Both the position numbers and the translations under genes were made by a program. The notes below the pieces were generated by a model, which made no database searches, was not told where the DNA came from, and was given only the letters and a program-made list of their open reading frames with translations. Source: Bacteroidales bacterium (GTDB lineage Bacteria > Bacteroidota > Bacteroidia > Bacteroidales > JAAUTT01). Taken from it: a stretch of 24,000 nucleotides of DNA. The stretch is from contig JANXXY010000375.1 of assembly GCA_025350365.1 (NCBI GenBank), positions 13,667 through 37,666 on the forward strand, read 5' to 3'. Each line of letters begins with the position of its first letter. The stretch's first letter is position 1. Below, piece after piece: positions 15,839 to 24,000 of the stretch.

Positions 15839-16438
15839 ATGAAAACAGTTAAATTTTTTGCATCAGCATTATTAATTAGTGGTTTGTTAGTGTCAACCGC
15901 TATTGCTTCTGAGGGCGATAAAGCCAATTCTGAATTAAAAGCATCTGAAAACTCCATTAGGGAGCAATTAACAAATGCTTTATCTGATGTCGCTTCATCT
16001 AACGAAGGCGTCGTATTTATTTATTTTACAGTTTCTTCCGAAAAAGGATTTGAAATTCTCAACGTGGCAGGTGAGAACAAAATCCTTAATGACAAGGTAA
16101 AAAGCTCCTTAAAAGGCGAATCTATCTCAGCTTCATCTAATTTGAAAGGTAGCTATATGATTAAAGTTCTTTTTACCGACAATTATGCCGTAAACGCTCC
16201 GGTAAAAGCTACAGATGTTCTTAGAAGTGAAGTGGCTGAGGCACTTGCTAAATTAAACGTAAACGAAAGTGCTTCGGTAAAACTGGTACTTTTAGTTAAG
16301 GACAACAGTGTTTCTGTTAGTAAGGTAGAAGGCGCCAACAAAAGTTTGGCATCATCAATCGAAAGTACTTTGAATGCGGGCAAAATTAGCGTTCCTGCCG
16401 AACTTTCCGGAAAATACGAACTAAAAATTCAATTCTAA
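15839..16438 (+). CDS. Secreted protein made of two tandem ~75-aa modules, function unknown
   Basis: Signal peptide MKTVKFFASALLISGLLVSTAIA. The two halves align to each other: IREQLTNALSDV..GVVFIYFTVSSEKGFEILNVAGENKILNDKVKSSL...GSYMIKVLF versus LRSEVAEALAKL..ASVKLVLLVKDNSVSVSKVEGANKSLASSIESTL...GKYELKIQF. Confidence 0.6.
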   Translation: MKTVKFFASALLISGLLVSTAIASEGDKANSELKASENSIREQLTNALSDVASSNEGVVFIYFTVSSEKGFEILNVAGENKILNDKVKSSLKGESISASSNLKGSYMIKVLFTDNYAVNAPVKATDVLRSEVAEALAKLNVNESASVKLVLLVKDNSVSVSKVEGANKSLASSIESTLNAGKISVPAELSGKYELKIQF

Positions 16439-16479
16439 TTAGATTAAAACCCGAACTATATGAAGTTTAATAATAATAA

Positions 16480-16537
16480 AATCCACTTTAACAGCTTTTG
16501 CCCCAAAAAGGAAGGCTGGCAAGTGGGTTAATTTTTT
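16480..16537 (+). terminator. Long imperfect hairpin + T-run, terminator of the 15839 gene
   Basis: The outer stem AATCCACTT / AAGTGGGTT is 9 bp with one G:U, and the inner stem is CAGC/GCTG. The hairpin is followed by aATTTTTT. Confidence 0.55.
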
Positions 16538-16622
16538 AAACGAAAATATATGTTACTTGTAAAGTACCTGCTCACATTGAATTTTCTTTGTATCAATAAA
16601 ACAAATTTCTAAAATCAACTGC

Positions 16623-16656
16623 GGTTTCTGCTAAAAGTAGAAGCCTTTTTTATTTT
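16623..16656 (+). terminator. Second + strand intrinsic terminator with no annotated gene in front of it
   Basis: GGTTTCTGC-taaaa-GTAGAAGCC is a 9-bp stem with two G:U pairs, followed by TTTTTTaTTTT. Confidence 0.55.
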
Positions 16657-16830
16657 ATGGCGAAACACTGTTGGAGGTGTCGAAAAAATAATTTAGGATT
16701 TTAATACATTGATTATTATCGGTATTAATGTTTTTCTGTTGTAATGTCGGAATATTGCGCTATTTTAGTGCGAGGTACTATTTTGAATCTGAGGTCTTAA
16801 TTGAGCTTGAATTATTACATTAAGAAAACT

Positions 16831-18843
16831 ATGATGCTGTCGATTACACCTCTTACAAACCCTGTACAAATTTTTACCCTCATTATAAGTATTATTTTGG
16901 TTGTGCCATTCATTTCGCGAAGAATAAATGTACCACCCATATTCGGACTTATACTTGCCGGGCTGATTATTGGACCAAATGGAACTGGTTTGTTACTAAA
17001 TGATCAGGGCATTAGCCTGTTTTCTGCCGTCGGCTTGTTGTATATTATGTTTTTGGCCGGACTTGAAATTAACATGAGTAGCTTTCTTCAAAATAAAAAC
17101 AAGAGTTTATTTTTTGGTGCAGCAACTTTCTTTATCCCCTTATTGATCGGCTTTTTTATTCTCCGGTATCTTCTAAACTTCTCGTTTTTACCTGCATTGC
17201 TTATTTCGAGTATGTTTTCTACACATACATTATTATCATACCCTATTGCAAGTCGTTTGAATATTACCCGCCGCGAATCAGTAGTGATCACAATTGGAGG
17301 AACCATTATTACTGATACCGCTGTGCTCATCCTCCTTACAGTTATTACAACGGCCTATCAGGGAAAGCTTAACGGATTATTTTGGCTTCAGTTGATTTCA
17401 CTATTAATCCTGTTTGTATTTATTGTGCTTTGGGGTCTTCCTAAAATTGCTCGCTGGTATTTTAACACCATTCAAAGTGATAGTACTCAAAAATATGTAT
17501 TTGTACTTGTAGCTTTGTTTTTGTCGGCTATGCTTGCAAAATTAGCAGGGATTGAGCCAATTGTTGGGGCTTTTCTGTCAGGTTTAGCACTTAATCGTGT
17601 AATCCCATTGCATTCTCCTCTAATGAATCGCACTGTTTTTATCGGTAATGCCATATTTATACCATTTTTCCTGATAAGTGTGGGTATGCTCGTTGATTTG
17701 AAAATACTCTTTTCCGGATTCGAAACCATTCTTTTTGCAGCTATATTGATCGTTATTGCAATAGCGGGGAAATATTTTGCAGCAATAGTTACGCAACTTG
17801 TATTTAGATATTCCCGGGCTGACCGAAACCTGATATTCGGACTTAGTAGTTCTCATGCCGCTGCCACTGTTGCTGTTATCCTGCTTGGATTTAAACTTGG
17901 TATTCTTGATGAAAAGGTTTTGAATGGAACGATTCTTTTAATTCTGGTAACATCAATGGTAAGTTCATTTGCCACGGAAAAAGCGGGACGAATTGTGGCA
18001 ATTGAAGAATCTGATCCTACAGATGATTTGAGTCAGGGAGCCGAAAAGATATTAGTGCCTGTTTCAAATCCGGAAACTTTTCGAAAACTGATTGATGTAG
18101 CTATGCTTACGCGCCTTCCAAATTCAGATGCGATTATTTATCCGTTGTCAATTGTAAATGATGATGAAGATGCTCAGCAAACTGTGTTGAATCATAAAAA
18201 GATTATGGAACAGCTTACATCTCATGCCGCTGGCTCCGATACTTCTGTAACCCCAATAACACGAGTAGATATTAACATCCCAACTGGCATTTCCCGCACT
18301 GTGAAGGAGTTACAAATAACTAATATTGTCATGGGATGGAGCGGACGGTCGTCTACAGCCAATTACTTCTTCGGAAATATAATCGATAATTTGCTTGAAA
18401 ATATTCAGCAAATGGTTATGGTTGTTCGTGTTAACGACTCCATTTCGCGTTTACGAAATATTTTTGTACTTGTTCCAAACAATGCCGATAAGGAAATTGG
18501 TTTTTCGTCGTGGATAAATTCATTGATTGGACTTTCGAAAAATACAAACGGAAAGGTTGTGTTTTTATCAAACTCATCTACATCGGAAATTTTACGCAAA
18601 CGATTAAAGGAGTACAAATTTTTTAACGACGATAGTTTTATTGCCTATGACTATTATCCTAATGTTGACAATATACCATTCGAAGCAAATGGTAAAGATT
18701 TGCTGGTAGCCGTTGCTGCTCGTCCATACACACTTTCCTATAATCGCCGTCAATTAATTATCCCTAAAATTATGTCGCAACTGGCTCAGAATCGGAGTTT
18801 TATTATTATTTATCCGGAACAAGTCGAGATACCTTATAATTAG
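16831..18843 (+). CDS. CPA2-type cation:proton antiporter with a large C-terminal cytoplasmic (USP-like) region
   Basis: The start is moved to the ATG ATG at 16831. About 390 aa carry 10 or more TM segments typical of the Na+/H+ exchanger family (GLILAGLIIGPNG, LLYIMFLAGLEI, GAFLSGLAL). The ~280-aa soluble tail begins KILVPVSNPETFRKLIDVA. Confidence 0.85.
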   Translation: MMLSITPLTNPVQIFTLIISIILVVPFISRRINVPPIFGLILAGLIIGPNGTGLLLNDQGISLFSAVGLLYIMFLAGLEINMSSFLQNKNKSLFFGAATFFIPLLIGFFILRYLLNFSFLPALLISSMFSTHTLLSYPIASRLNITRRESVVITIGGTIITDTAVLILLTVITTAYQGKLNGLFWLQLISLLILFVFIVLWGLPKIARWYFNTIQSDSTQKYVFVLVALFLSAMLAKLAGIEPIVGAFLSGLALNRVIPLHSPLMNRTVFIGNAIFIPFFLISVGMLVDLKILFSGFETILFAAILIVIAIAGKYFAAIVTQLVFRYSRADRNLIFGLSSSHAAATVAVILLGFKLGILDEKVLNGTILLILVTSMVSSFATEKAGRIVAIEESDPTDDLSQGAEKILVPVSNPETFRKLIDVAMLTRLPNSDAIIYPLSIVNDDEDAQQTVLNHKKIMEQLTSHAAGSDTSVTPITRVDINIPTGISRTVKELQITNIVMGWSGRSSTANYFFGNIIDNLLENIQQMVMVVRVNDSISRLRNIFVLVPNNADKEIGFSSWINSLIGLSKNTNGKVVFLSNSSTSEILRKRLKEYKFFNDDSFIAYDYYPNVDNIPFEANGKDLLVAVAARPYTLSYNRRQLIIPKIMSQLAQNRSFIIIYPEQVEIPYN

Positions 18844-20084
18844 AAATGTGTGTTTATTGCTTCAACCGGATTTAATCGGGAAGCTGACCACGCAGGAGCA
18901 AACCCGGAAATGATGCCAATAATGCCCGAAACTAGCAAACCTAAACTGATATTACCCATTGTTAACGAGATAGAAAAGTCGGTATTTGATACAATCAGCG
19001 TTCCGGCAAACACAAACAAAAGTCCGATTAAACCTCCTGTGATTGAAAGAATTACCGATTCGAAAAGAAATTGCACAAGAATTACATAGTTTTTGGCTCC
19101 AACAGCCTTCTGAATTCCAATAATATTCGTTCGTTCTTTTACTGAAACAAACATGATATTCGCTATTCCAAAACCGCCTACCAGTATTGAAAAACCTCCA
19201 ATGATCCATCCGGCAATATTCAGAGCGGCAAAAAAACTATCAAAAACTTTAGTTATAACACTGGCCTGATTTAGTGCAAAATTATCTTTTTCTAATGGTT
19301 TTACTCTCCGTATCGAACGCATCAAAAGTTTCAATTCGTCCTGCAAATCAATAGCCTTTATTCCGTCTTTCGCTTTAACCCAAATAGCAGGATTTATATT
19401 GTTAAGATCAAAAAGTCTCCTACCAAAATTCATAGGAATAAATAGTTGTTCATCAATACTTCGTTCTCCGAACGGACCTTTTCCAGCTTTTTTGGCAATA
19501 CCAACTATCTGAAGCCTGAAACCCATCAGCTTTAGTTCTCTTCCAATTGGATTTTGATTTTCAAATAATTTTTTCGCTATTTCAGATCCAATTACACAGC
19601 AATTTCTTCCAAATTCCGATTCCGATTGTGTAAAAAACCGGCCATTATCGATGTCGAAAGGTTTAATGGAATAATACTCTTCACTTACTAATAAAATGGT
19701 AGTGTTTTCGGCATAATTATTTCCTTGCTTAACTGTTTTATCGGTTTGCGCATAATAACAAACCGCGTCTGCTAATTTAACGCGCTGTTTTAATTCCTTG
19801 TATTCGCTTATCTTAGGTTCAGGCCGTTTCATATATTCCCACCATGGGTAATCAGCGTCGAACCCCCAAGGCCATTTCTGAATATAGATAACATCATTGC
19901 CTAATGTTGAGATACTTGCACGAACATTCGATTCCAGAGAATCAACGATGGTGAAAACTGAAATAATGGCAAAAATTCCTATGGTTATGCCTAATAACGT
20001 TAAAAATGTTCTTAATTTATTAACTATTACAGAGCTATACGCAAAAATAAAACTTTCCTTTATCAGACGAATAAATAATACCAC
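18840..20084 (-). CDS. FtsX/MacB-type ABC transporter permease
   Basis: 414 aa with a GTG start. The N-terminal TM is NKLRTFLTLLGITIGIFAII, followed by a ~230-aa periplasmic domain and a C-terminal 3-TM FtsX module (VKERTNIIGIQKAVGAKNYVILVQFLFESV). No ATPase gene is adjacent. Confidence 0.8.
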   Translation of the reverse strand: MVLFIRLIKESFIFAYSSVIVNKLRTFLTLLGITIGIFAIISVFTIVDSLESNVRASISTLGNDVIYIQKWPWGFDADYPWWEYMKRPEPKISEYKELKQRVKLADAVCYYAQTDKTVKQGNNYAENTTILLVSEEYYSIKPFDIDNGRFFTQSESEFGRNCCVIGSEIAKKLFENQNPIGRELKLMGFRLQIVGIAKKAGKGPFGERSIDEQLFIPMNFGRRLFDLNNINPAIWVKAKDGIKAIDLQDELKLLMRSIRRVKPLEKDNFALNQASVITKVFDSFFAALNIAGWIIGGFSILVGGFGIANIMFVSVKERTNIIGIQKAVGAKNYVILVQFLFESVILSITGGLIGLLFVFAGTLIVSNTDFSISLTMGNISLGLLVSGIIGIISGFAPAWSASRLNPVEAINTHF

Positions 20085-20286
20085 ATTAAATTTTTATTTG
20101 AATTATTTTAAATCTACCGCAATTAAAACGGCTTTTATTTATATTTTTGAAGTCAACATAATTAATAAAACATCCTAAGTCATTTTTACAGCAACGTTAT
20201 TATTGGCTGTTTTTTATTATTAAAAACTATTATTCGCTTTATAACCTTTTACAAGCTAAAAGTAACTATTTTTACAGACTTTTTAA

Positions 20287-20294
20287 TAACTTTG
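20287..20294 (+). promoter_or_regulatory. -7 box TAACTTTG
   Basis: Exact TAnnTTTG 24 nt upstream of the purH ATG. Confidence 0.45.
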
Positions 20295-20317
20295 TGTTAA
20301 AATTCAAGACATTGTAA

Positions 20318-21844
20318 ATGAGTGATTTGAAAAAAATATGCTCTGCATTGATTTCCGTATATCATAAGGATAATTTGGAAGAGATTGTAAGAAAACTAAA
20401 TTCATTGAATGTTATCTTATACTCTACTGGCGGGACGAAGGATTATATTGAAAGTTTAGGAATAAAAGTTACCGCTGTCGAAGATATTACTTCATACCCA
20501 TCAATATTTGGTGGAAGAGTAAAAACGTTGCATCCAAAAATATTTGGCGGAATATTATTTCGTCGTGACAATAAAACCGATCTTCAGGAATCGGAACAGT
20601 ACCAGATTCCTCCGATTGATCTGGTTATTGTGGATTTATACCCATTTGAAGAAACAGTATCCTCCGGTGCAGATGAAGTCGCAGTAATTGAAAAAATTGA
20701 TATTGGTGGAATTTCTCTTATTCGGGCAGCTGCAAAAAATTTCAAAGATGTTCTCATTGTTGCATCAAAAAATGAATATTTACCACTTCTGCGTCTTTTG
20801 GAAGAAAAAAACGGAACTTCAGCCACAGAGGATAGAAAGATATTTGCAGGAGCGGCATTTAACGTCTCATCTGATTATGATACGAATATCTTTAATTATT
20901 TTAACAGAACCACAAATATTCCCGCATTCAAACTAAGCCTTAAAAATGGCACTCCTCTTCGCTATGGCGAAAACCCTCATCAAAAAGGAAGCTTTTATGG
21001 CGATTTCGACAAGATGTTTGAACAATTGCATGGCAAAGAAATTTCATACAACAATTTACTTGACATAGATGCGGCAGTTAACCTGATTAATGAGTTTTCT
21101 GAAACAACATTTGCCGTCATAAAACACAATAATGCATGTGGAATAGCATCGCGCGAAAAATTAGTTGATGCCTGGAAAGATGCGTTGGCAGGAGATCCTG
21201 TTTCAGCTTTCGGAGGTGTTTTAATAACCAATCGCACCATTGATGAAGAAACCGCTTCGGAAATCAACCAGCTATTCTTCGATTTAATTATTGCTCCGGG
21301 ATATGATGAAAAAGCTCTGGGAATATTGAAATCACGTAAAAACAGAACAATTCTTATACTTAAAACCGTTGATTTGCCCTCAGTAAATTACAGATCATTA
21401 CTTAATGGGGCTGTGGTTCAGGACAAGGATTTGTGCATCGAAATAGCCAACGATTTGCAAAAAGTTACTCGCACTGGTCCCACTGAATCGGAAATTACTG
21501 ATTTGATTTTTGCTAATAAAATTGTAAAACACACAAAATCAAATGCTATTGTTTTAGCAAAAGATAAACAACTATGTGCCAGCGGTGTTGGTCAAACCTC
21601 GAGAGTAGATGCTCTAAAACAAGCTATTACAAAAGCAGAAACGTTCGGTTTTGATTTAAAAAACGCAGTAATGGCGAGTGATGCATATTTTCCATTCTCA
21701 GATTGCGTTGAGTTAGCTCATAATGCCGGAATTAATGCAGTTGTGCAGCCAGGAGGATCCGTGCGTGACAATGATTCGATAGAATACTGTAATCAGCATC
21801 AAATCTCTATGGTATTCACAGGAATAAGACATTTTAAGCACTAG
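20318..21844 (+). CDS. purH: Bifunctional AICAR formyltransferase / IMP cyclohydrolase
   Basis: 508 aa. It has an N-terminal MGS-like domain (ALISVYHKD...STGGT...GGRVKTLHPKIFGGIL), VVDLYPFE, YGENPHQ, KHNNACG, GQTSRVDA and the C-terminal GIRHFKH. Confidence 0.95.
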   Translation: MSDLKKICSALISVYHKDNLEEIVRKLNSLNVILYSTGGTKDYIESLGIKVTAVEDITSYPSIFGGRVKTLHPKIFGGILFRRDNKTDLQESEQYQIPPIDLVIVDLYPFEETVSSGADEVAVIEKIDIGGISLIRAAAKNFKDVLIVASKNEYLPLLRLLEEKNGTSATEDRKIFAGAAFNVSSDYDTNIFNYFNRTTNIPAFKLSLKNGTPLRYGENPHQKGSFYGDFDKMFEQLHGKEISYNNLLDIDAAVNLINEFSETTFAVIKHNNACGIASREKLVDAWKDALAGDPVSAFGGVLITNRTIDEETASEINQLFFDLIIAPGYDEKALGILKSRKNRTILILKTVDLPSVNYRSLLNGAVVQDKDLCIEIANDLQKVTRTGPTESEITDLIFANKIVKHTKSNAIVLAKDKQLCASGVGQTSRVDALKQAITKAETFGFDLKNAVMASDAYFPFSDCVELAHNAGINAVVQPGGSVRDNDSIEYCNQHQISMVFTGIRHFKH

Positions 21845-21940
21845 AATAATTTGAAAATAAAACGATTTGAAGATATGATAAAACAGAGAAATGTATACTT
21901 AATACATTGTTTATGTTTTTATATTAATTGCTGTAGCATC

Positions 21941-21982
21941 AAAATAGAAAATAGAAAATAGAAAATAAAAAATAGTAAATAC
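21941..21982 (+). repeat. Heptanucleotide tandem repeat (AAAATAG)x3-AAAATAA-AAAATAG-TAAATAC
   Basis: Read directly from the sequence. It has five near-perfect units and a sixth degenerate unit, and it ends 1 nt before the mreB ATG at 21984. Confidence 0.85.
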
Positions 21983-21983
21983 T

Positions 21984-23006
21984 ATGGGTCTCTTTTCATT
22001 CTTAACGCAGGAAATTGCCATCGATCTTGGAACGGCAAATACCATTATCATTCATAATGACAAGGTTGTTGTTGACGAACCATCGATTGTGGCCATTGAT
22101 CATACAACGGGAAAACTAATTGCAATTGGTGAGCGAGCTCGTCAGATGCATGGGAAAACACACGAAAATATTCGTACAATTCGGCCATTAAGAGATGGTG
22201 TGATTGCCGATTTCCATGCCGCAGAGTTGATGATACGCGGAATGATTAAAATGATTAAAACGAAAAACAACTGGATCACTCCTTCACTAAGAATGGTTGT
22301 TTGTATTCCATCAGGTAGCACCGAGGTTGAAGTTCGCGCCGTTAGAGACTCCGCTGAACATGCAGGCGGTCGTGATGTTTATATGATTTATGAACCAATG
22401 GCCGCCGCTATTGGTATTGGTTTGGATGTTGAAGCTCCCGAAGGCAGCATGGTTGTTGATATTGGTGGAGGTACTTCAGAAATTGCAGTAATTGCCCTTG
22501 GAGGTATCGTTTGTAATAAATCCATACGTATAGCCGGGGACGGGTTCACGGCTGACATACAAGCATACATGCGTCATCAGCATAATATTAAAGTGGGCGA
22601 CCGAACAGCTGAAGAGATAAAAATACAGGTTGGTTCGGCCTTACCTGATTTAGAAAACCCACCTGACGATTACATAGTTCGTGGTCCAAACTTAATGACG
22701 GCTCTACCCATTGAAGTTCCGGTATCTTATCAGGAAATTTCTCATTGCCTTGACAAATCGATATCAAAGATTGAGATTGCCATACTTGGGGTTTTAGAAC
22801 AAACACCTCCGGAATTATATGCTGATATCGTACAAAAAGGTATTTATCTTGCTGGTGGAGGCGCTCTTCTTCGAGGATTGGATAAACGATTAACTGACAA
22901 AATCAATATACCATTCCGTGTTGCCGAAGATCCGTTAAGAGCTGTTGCCCGTGGCACCGGGATAGCCCTTAAAAATGTTGATCGTTTTTCATTCTTAATG
23001 CGTTAA
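21984..23006 (+). CDS. mreB: Rod-shape-determining actin homologue MreB
   Basis: 340 aa. It has IAIDLGTANT, RPLRDGVIADF, EPMAAAIG, DIGGGTSEIAVI and GIYLAGGGALLRGLD, the canonical MreB/actin-fold motifs. Confidence 0.95.
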   Translation: MGLFSFLTQEIAIDLGTANTIIIHNDKVVVDEPSIVAIDHTTGKLIAIGERARQMHGKTHENIRTIRPLRDGVIADFHAAELMIRGMIKMIKTKNNWITPSLRMVVCIPSGSTEVEVRAVRDSAEHAGGRDVYMIYEPMAAAIGIGLDVEAPEGSMVVDIGGGTSEIAVIALGGIVCNKSIRIAGDGFTADIQAYMRHQHNIKVGDRTAEEIKIQVGSALPDLENPPDDYIVRGPNLMTALPIEVPVSYQEISHCLDKSISKIEIAILGVLEQTPPELYADIVQKGIYLAGGGALLRGLDKRLTDKINIPFRVAEDPLRAVARGTGIALKNVDRFSFLMR

Positions 23007-23120
23007 CATTTTAATTGATTGAAATTTGTGTTTGCTGGTTGGCAGCATATTGATTGTACTATAAAACCAAATACCAAACATTGAAAATCATCAATTAATA
23101 ATTATAACTCTCTGTATTAG

Positions 23121-23948
23121 ATGCGGAATCTTTTAAAAATACTTTATGCATATCATTTTCTGATTTTATTTATTGTTCTTGAGAGCCTCTCTCTTATCCT
23201 TATTTTAGAGAATAATCAATTTCAAAGAGCGAAATTTATACAGTTTGCTCAGAGTGTATCAGGCAATCTCTACGGGAATATAGATAATTTCAAAGCATAT
23301 CTCTCATTAAAAGAGGCAAATAAGGTACTAGCTAGCGAAAATGTTAATTTGCGAAACAAACTTGAGGCTATTCATAAAGTTGAAAGGGAAAAGAAGGATA
23401 CTTTGATTGACAAATACTATAAGCAACGTTATACCTATATGTCAGCCAGAGTAATTAACAATTCGGTTAATAAACAATATAATTTTATTACGCTAAATAA
23501 GGGATCCAGAGATGGAGTTATTCAGGATATGGCAGTTATCTCTCCCTCTGGCATTGTTGGTGTTGTTGAAGGTGTGTCGGAAAATTACGCTACCGTTTTG
23601 GCAGTGCTTAACCGGAATTTTAAGGTGAGCGCTAAAATTAAAAAAAATAATTATTTCGGAACTCTTTCCTGGAATGGGCTGAATTCTGAAATTTGTGTAT
23701 TAAGCGACATTCCGCACCATGTTAAAATAGCTAAGGGCGATACAATTATAACCTCAGGCTTTTCCAATATGTTTCCCGAAGGAATACAAATTGGTATTAT
23801 TGATGATTTTGATCTGAAAGAGGGTAACTTCTACACCATTAAAGTAAAGTTATCGAACGATTTTAGAAGTTTGAATTTTGTAACTTTGATAGACAATTTG
23901 ATCAGGAAGGACCAATTTCAATTAGAGAAAAAAACAGCGCATGATTAG
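23121..23948 (+). CDS. mreC: Rod-shape-determining protein MreC
   Basis: 275 aa. It has an N-terminal TM, a coiled coil (LKEANKVLASENVNLRNKLE) and a beta-rich C-terminal region (GVIQDMAVISPSGIVGVV...GDTIITSG). It lies directly after mreB. Confidence 0.85.
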   Translation: MRNLLKILYAYHFLILFIVLESLSLILILENNQFQRAKFIQFAQSVSGNLYGNIDNFKAYLSLKEANKVLASENVNLRNKLEAIHKVEREKKDTLIDKYYKQRYTYMSARVINNSVNKQYNFITLNKGSRDGVIQDMAVISPSGIVGVVEGVSENYATVLAVLNRNFKVSAKIKKNNYFGTLSWNGLNSEICVLSDIPHHVKIAKGDTIITSGFSNMFPEGIQIGIIDDFDLKEGNFYTIKVKLSNDFRSLNFVTLIDNLIRKDQFQLEKKTAHD

Positions 23949-24000
23949 AGGAGTTTACCAGAACATTTTCAATTTTGTTGGATTGGTTGTTTTACAAGTG
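23941..24000 (+). CDS. mreD: MreD, 5' partial (runs off the window)
   Basis: The ATG at 23941 overlaps the mreC stop by 8 nt. It translates MIRGVYQNIFNFVGLVVLQV, a hydrophobic MreD-like N-terminus in the expected position in the mreBCD order. Only 20 codons are visible. Confidence 0.5.
   Translation, partial: MIRGVYQNIFNFVGLVVLQV

Noticed and set aside
16460-16531. 23-codon ORF MKFNNNKIHFNSFCPKKEGWQVG just after the 199-aa gene
   Set aside because: Most of it is the two arms of the terminator hairpin (16480-16529), so the open frame is probably incidental.
20085-20317. Looked for a ZTP (pfl) or purine riboswitch upstream of purH, and noted TTTTACA(G/A) at 20184-20191, 20247-20254 and 20270-20277
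   Set aside because: No GC-rich pseudoknot elements of the pfl motif (for example CCGCCUGGGC) are present. The -7 box is only 24 nt from the ATG, so there is no room for an aptamer. The short T/A-rich words are expected by chance in this composition.
21890-21908. AATGTA-tacttaa-TACATT hairpin after purH as a possible terminator
   Set aside because: It has only 6 A/T-rich base pairs and a broken T-run, which is too weak to call.
22952-22966. TGGCAC-cggga-TAGC, a 9/10 sigma-54-like match about 155 nt upstream of mreC
   Set aside because: It lies inside mreB and encodes the conserved RGTGIA segment, so the sequence is explained by coding constraint. mreBCD are normally co-transcribed.
1-24000. 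Searched for CRISPR repeats, long inverted repeats flanking invertible promoters, IS/transposase/integrase genes, tRNA/rRNA genes and toxin-antitoxin-like small gene pairs
   Set aside because: I found none by eye. Intergenic regions are short (<= 360 bp), lack long inverted repeats, and have no recombinase nearby. A computational repeat or tRNA scan (tRNAscan-SE, Infernal, einverted) would be needed to exclude them formally.

Overview
AT-rich chromosomal segment that reads as Bacteroidota. The evidence is a T9SS type-B C-terminal sorting domain, an M56/BlaR1-TonB_C fusion, exact TAnnTTTG -7 boxes 15-45 nt upstream of many starts with no Shine-Dalgarno motifs, and purH-mreB-mreC-mreD synteny. 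I call 22 complete CDSs plus one partial CDS, and most are housekeeping. These include coaD, pyrE, fba, purH, mreBCD, Nudix, VOC, isochorismatase-family, Tat-exported Gfo/Idh/MocA oxidoreductase, a CPA2 antiporter and a FtsX/MacB-type permease. I saw no rRNA, tRNA, CRISPR array, transposase or integrase, and no recognisable defence cassette. The least ordinary stretch is about 8.3-16.7 kb. (1) An orphan receiver-AAA+ sigma-54 activator ends about 30 aa after the AAA+ module, so it has no HTH, and it carries GSFTSA in place of GAFTGA. (2) A blaI-blaR1(M56)-TonB_C pair lies divergent from a secreted Lys-rich coiled-coil gene, with 20-bp-phased TTAGTTAC repeats over the blaI -7 box. (3) A periplasmic-TPR/TM/PP2C(SpoIIE-type) phosphatase has no partner-switching genes nearby. 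(4) The only intergenic, correctly oriented sigma-54 -24/-12-like site found in my by-eye scan lies upstream of a secreted protein built from two tandem TonB_C-like modules. (5) Two consecutive intrinsic terminators bracket a 20-codon ORF. I do not see a clear-cut novel multi-gene system, so these are hypotheses only. All family calls come from motif recognition by eye, with no database search.
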